From Euglena gracilis (lineage: Eukaryota), in assembly GCA_039621445.1 (NCBI GenBank), contig CP154954.1, positions 43,274,632 through 43,338,631 of the forward strand: a DNA stretch of 64,000 nt, in the 5' to 3' direction. Of this stretch, positions 58,607-64,000 are shown piece after piece (position 1 is the first letter of the stretch; each line of letters begins with the position of its first letter). The translations under genes were made by a program, and so were the position numbers. The notes beneath the pieces are model-generated. The model ran no database searches and was not told the DNA's origin. It saw nothing but the letters and a program-made list of their open reading frames with translations.

Positions 58607-59067
58607 GTTGGAATTGCAACCTCCCATCGCATCTTTTGCAATTGGGTACATCGTTCCATCGCCTGTGTCTTGATAGTTGTCATTGTGCGATATGGGAATG
58701 GCTCGAAACACCGTGCTTTCGCCGGTGAACGGAGGCCAGCCGGCAGCAACCATCATGAACATCAACGACCGACCACACAAACCAGGCATTTGCTATTCCT
58801 AATCGGTCTCAATGACCAATCCTCAGGTCATCACTGATGTGTCAGACGCCTGGGGAGGATTCTCGCCACGGGTGTGGGGAACAATTTCTGAGACTGTGAG
58901 GGGGGGGGGCAGGCATTTACAAAACCGAGAGTTTTCCAGACCCCTGACAGCTTCGAGGTGGGAAGGGGGGGGGCTTCCCTCAGGGCCTCAGGGCTTTCCA
59001 TATGTATCCCTGGGGGCGGACTGCTGCACTGAGCATTCCGGGGACCCCCGGTTGGCCGTTCCTTCAG

Positions 59068-63720
<4,653 letters not shown>

Positions 63721-64000
63721 TCCGTCAATTCCGCTTTCAATGCATCTGTTTTGGCAGCCGCCTTCTGCCGAGACTGGGGGATCCGCAAACCCCAGAAGGA
63801 AGCATTCGAAAAACATGGAAGTCATTCCCAGATGCCTCTTTTGGCCAGTTCTGGCCATTATTTGCCACGTTTTTGGCATTTTCTTCTTTTTTTGCTCACT
63901 TTTTGCCCCTTCTTGTGCATTTTTGGCTGCTGTTGACTGCTTTTGGCTTTTTTTTTGAACATCTGTGACCATTTTTTGGCTATTTATGCTGCTTCAGTTA

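Overview
Eukaryotic, intron-rich nuclear DNA, most likely from a euglenid (Euglena-like). The evidence is that genes mix GT-AG and GC-AG introns with nonconventional stem-closed introns (Y|R...Y|R junctions, intron +4..+6 pairing with -8..-6); the taxon is inferred from this architecture only. The six-frame ORFs are mostly meaningless, and genes were assembled by hand from short GC-rich exons. All recognisable genes are on the + strand: an ankyrin-repeat protein, a claudin/PMP22-like tetraspan protein, a 4-RRM protein, a rhodanese, a CFAP77-like protein, a secreted COLFI/CASPR-type fibrinogen-like domain protein (full copy at about 50-55.6 kb, 3' part duplicated at the window start) and an unknown protein. 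Introns and intergenic DNA carry microsatellites and many non-autonomous DNA transposons: hAT-like MITEs with 8-bp TSDs, TA-TSD MITEs, GGCA-ended elements sitting in microsatellites, and a 2.9-kb TIR element with a 5-bp TSD and arrays of TTGCGCAA palindromes. Gene ends and some splice sites are approximate; homopolymer errors are likely.
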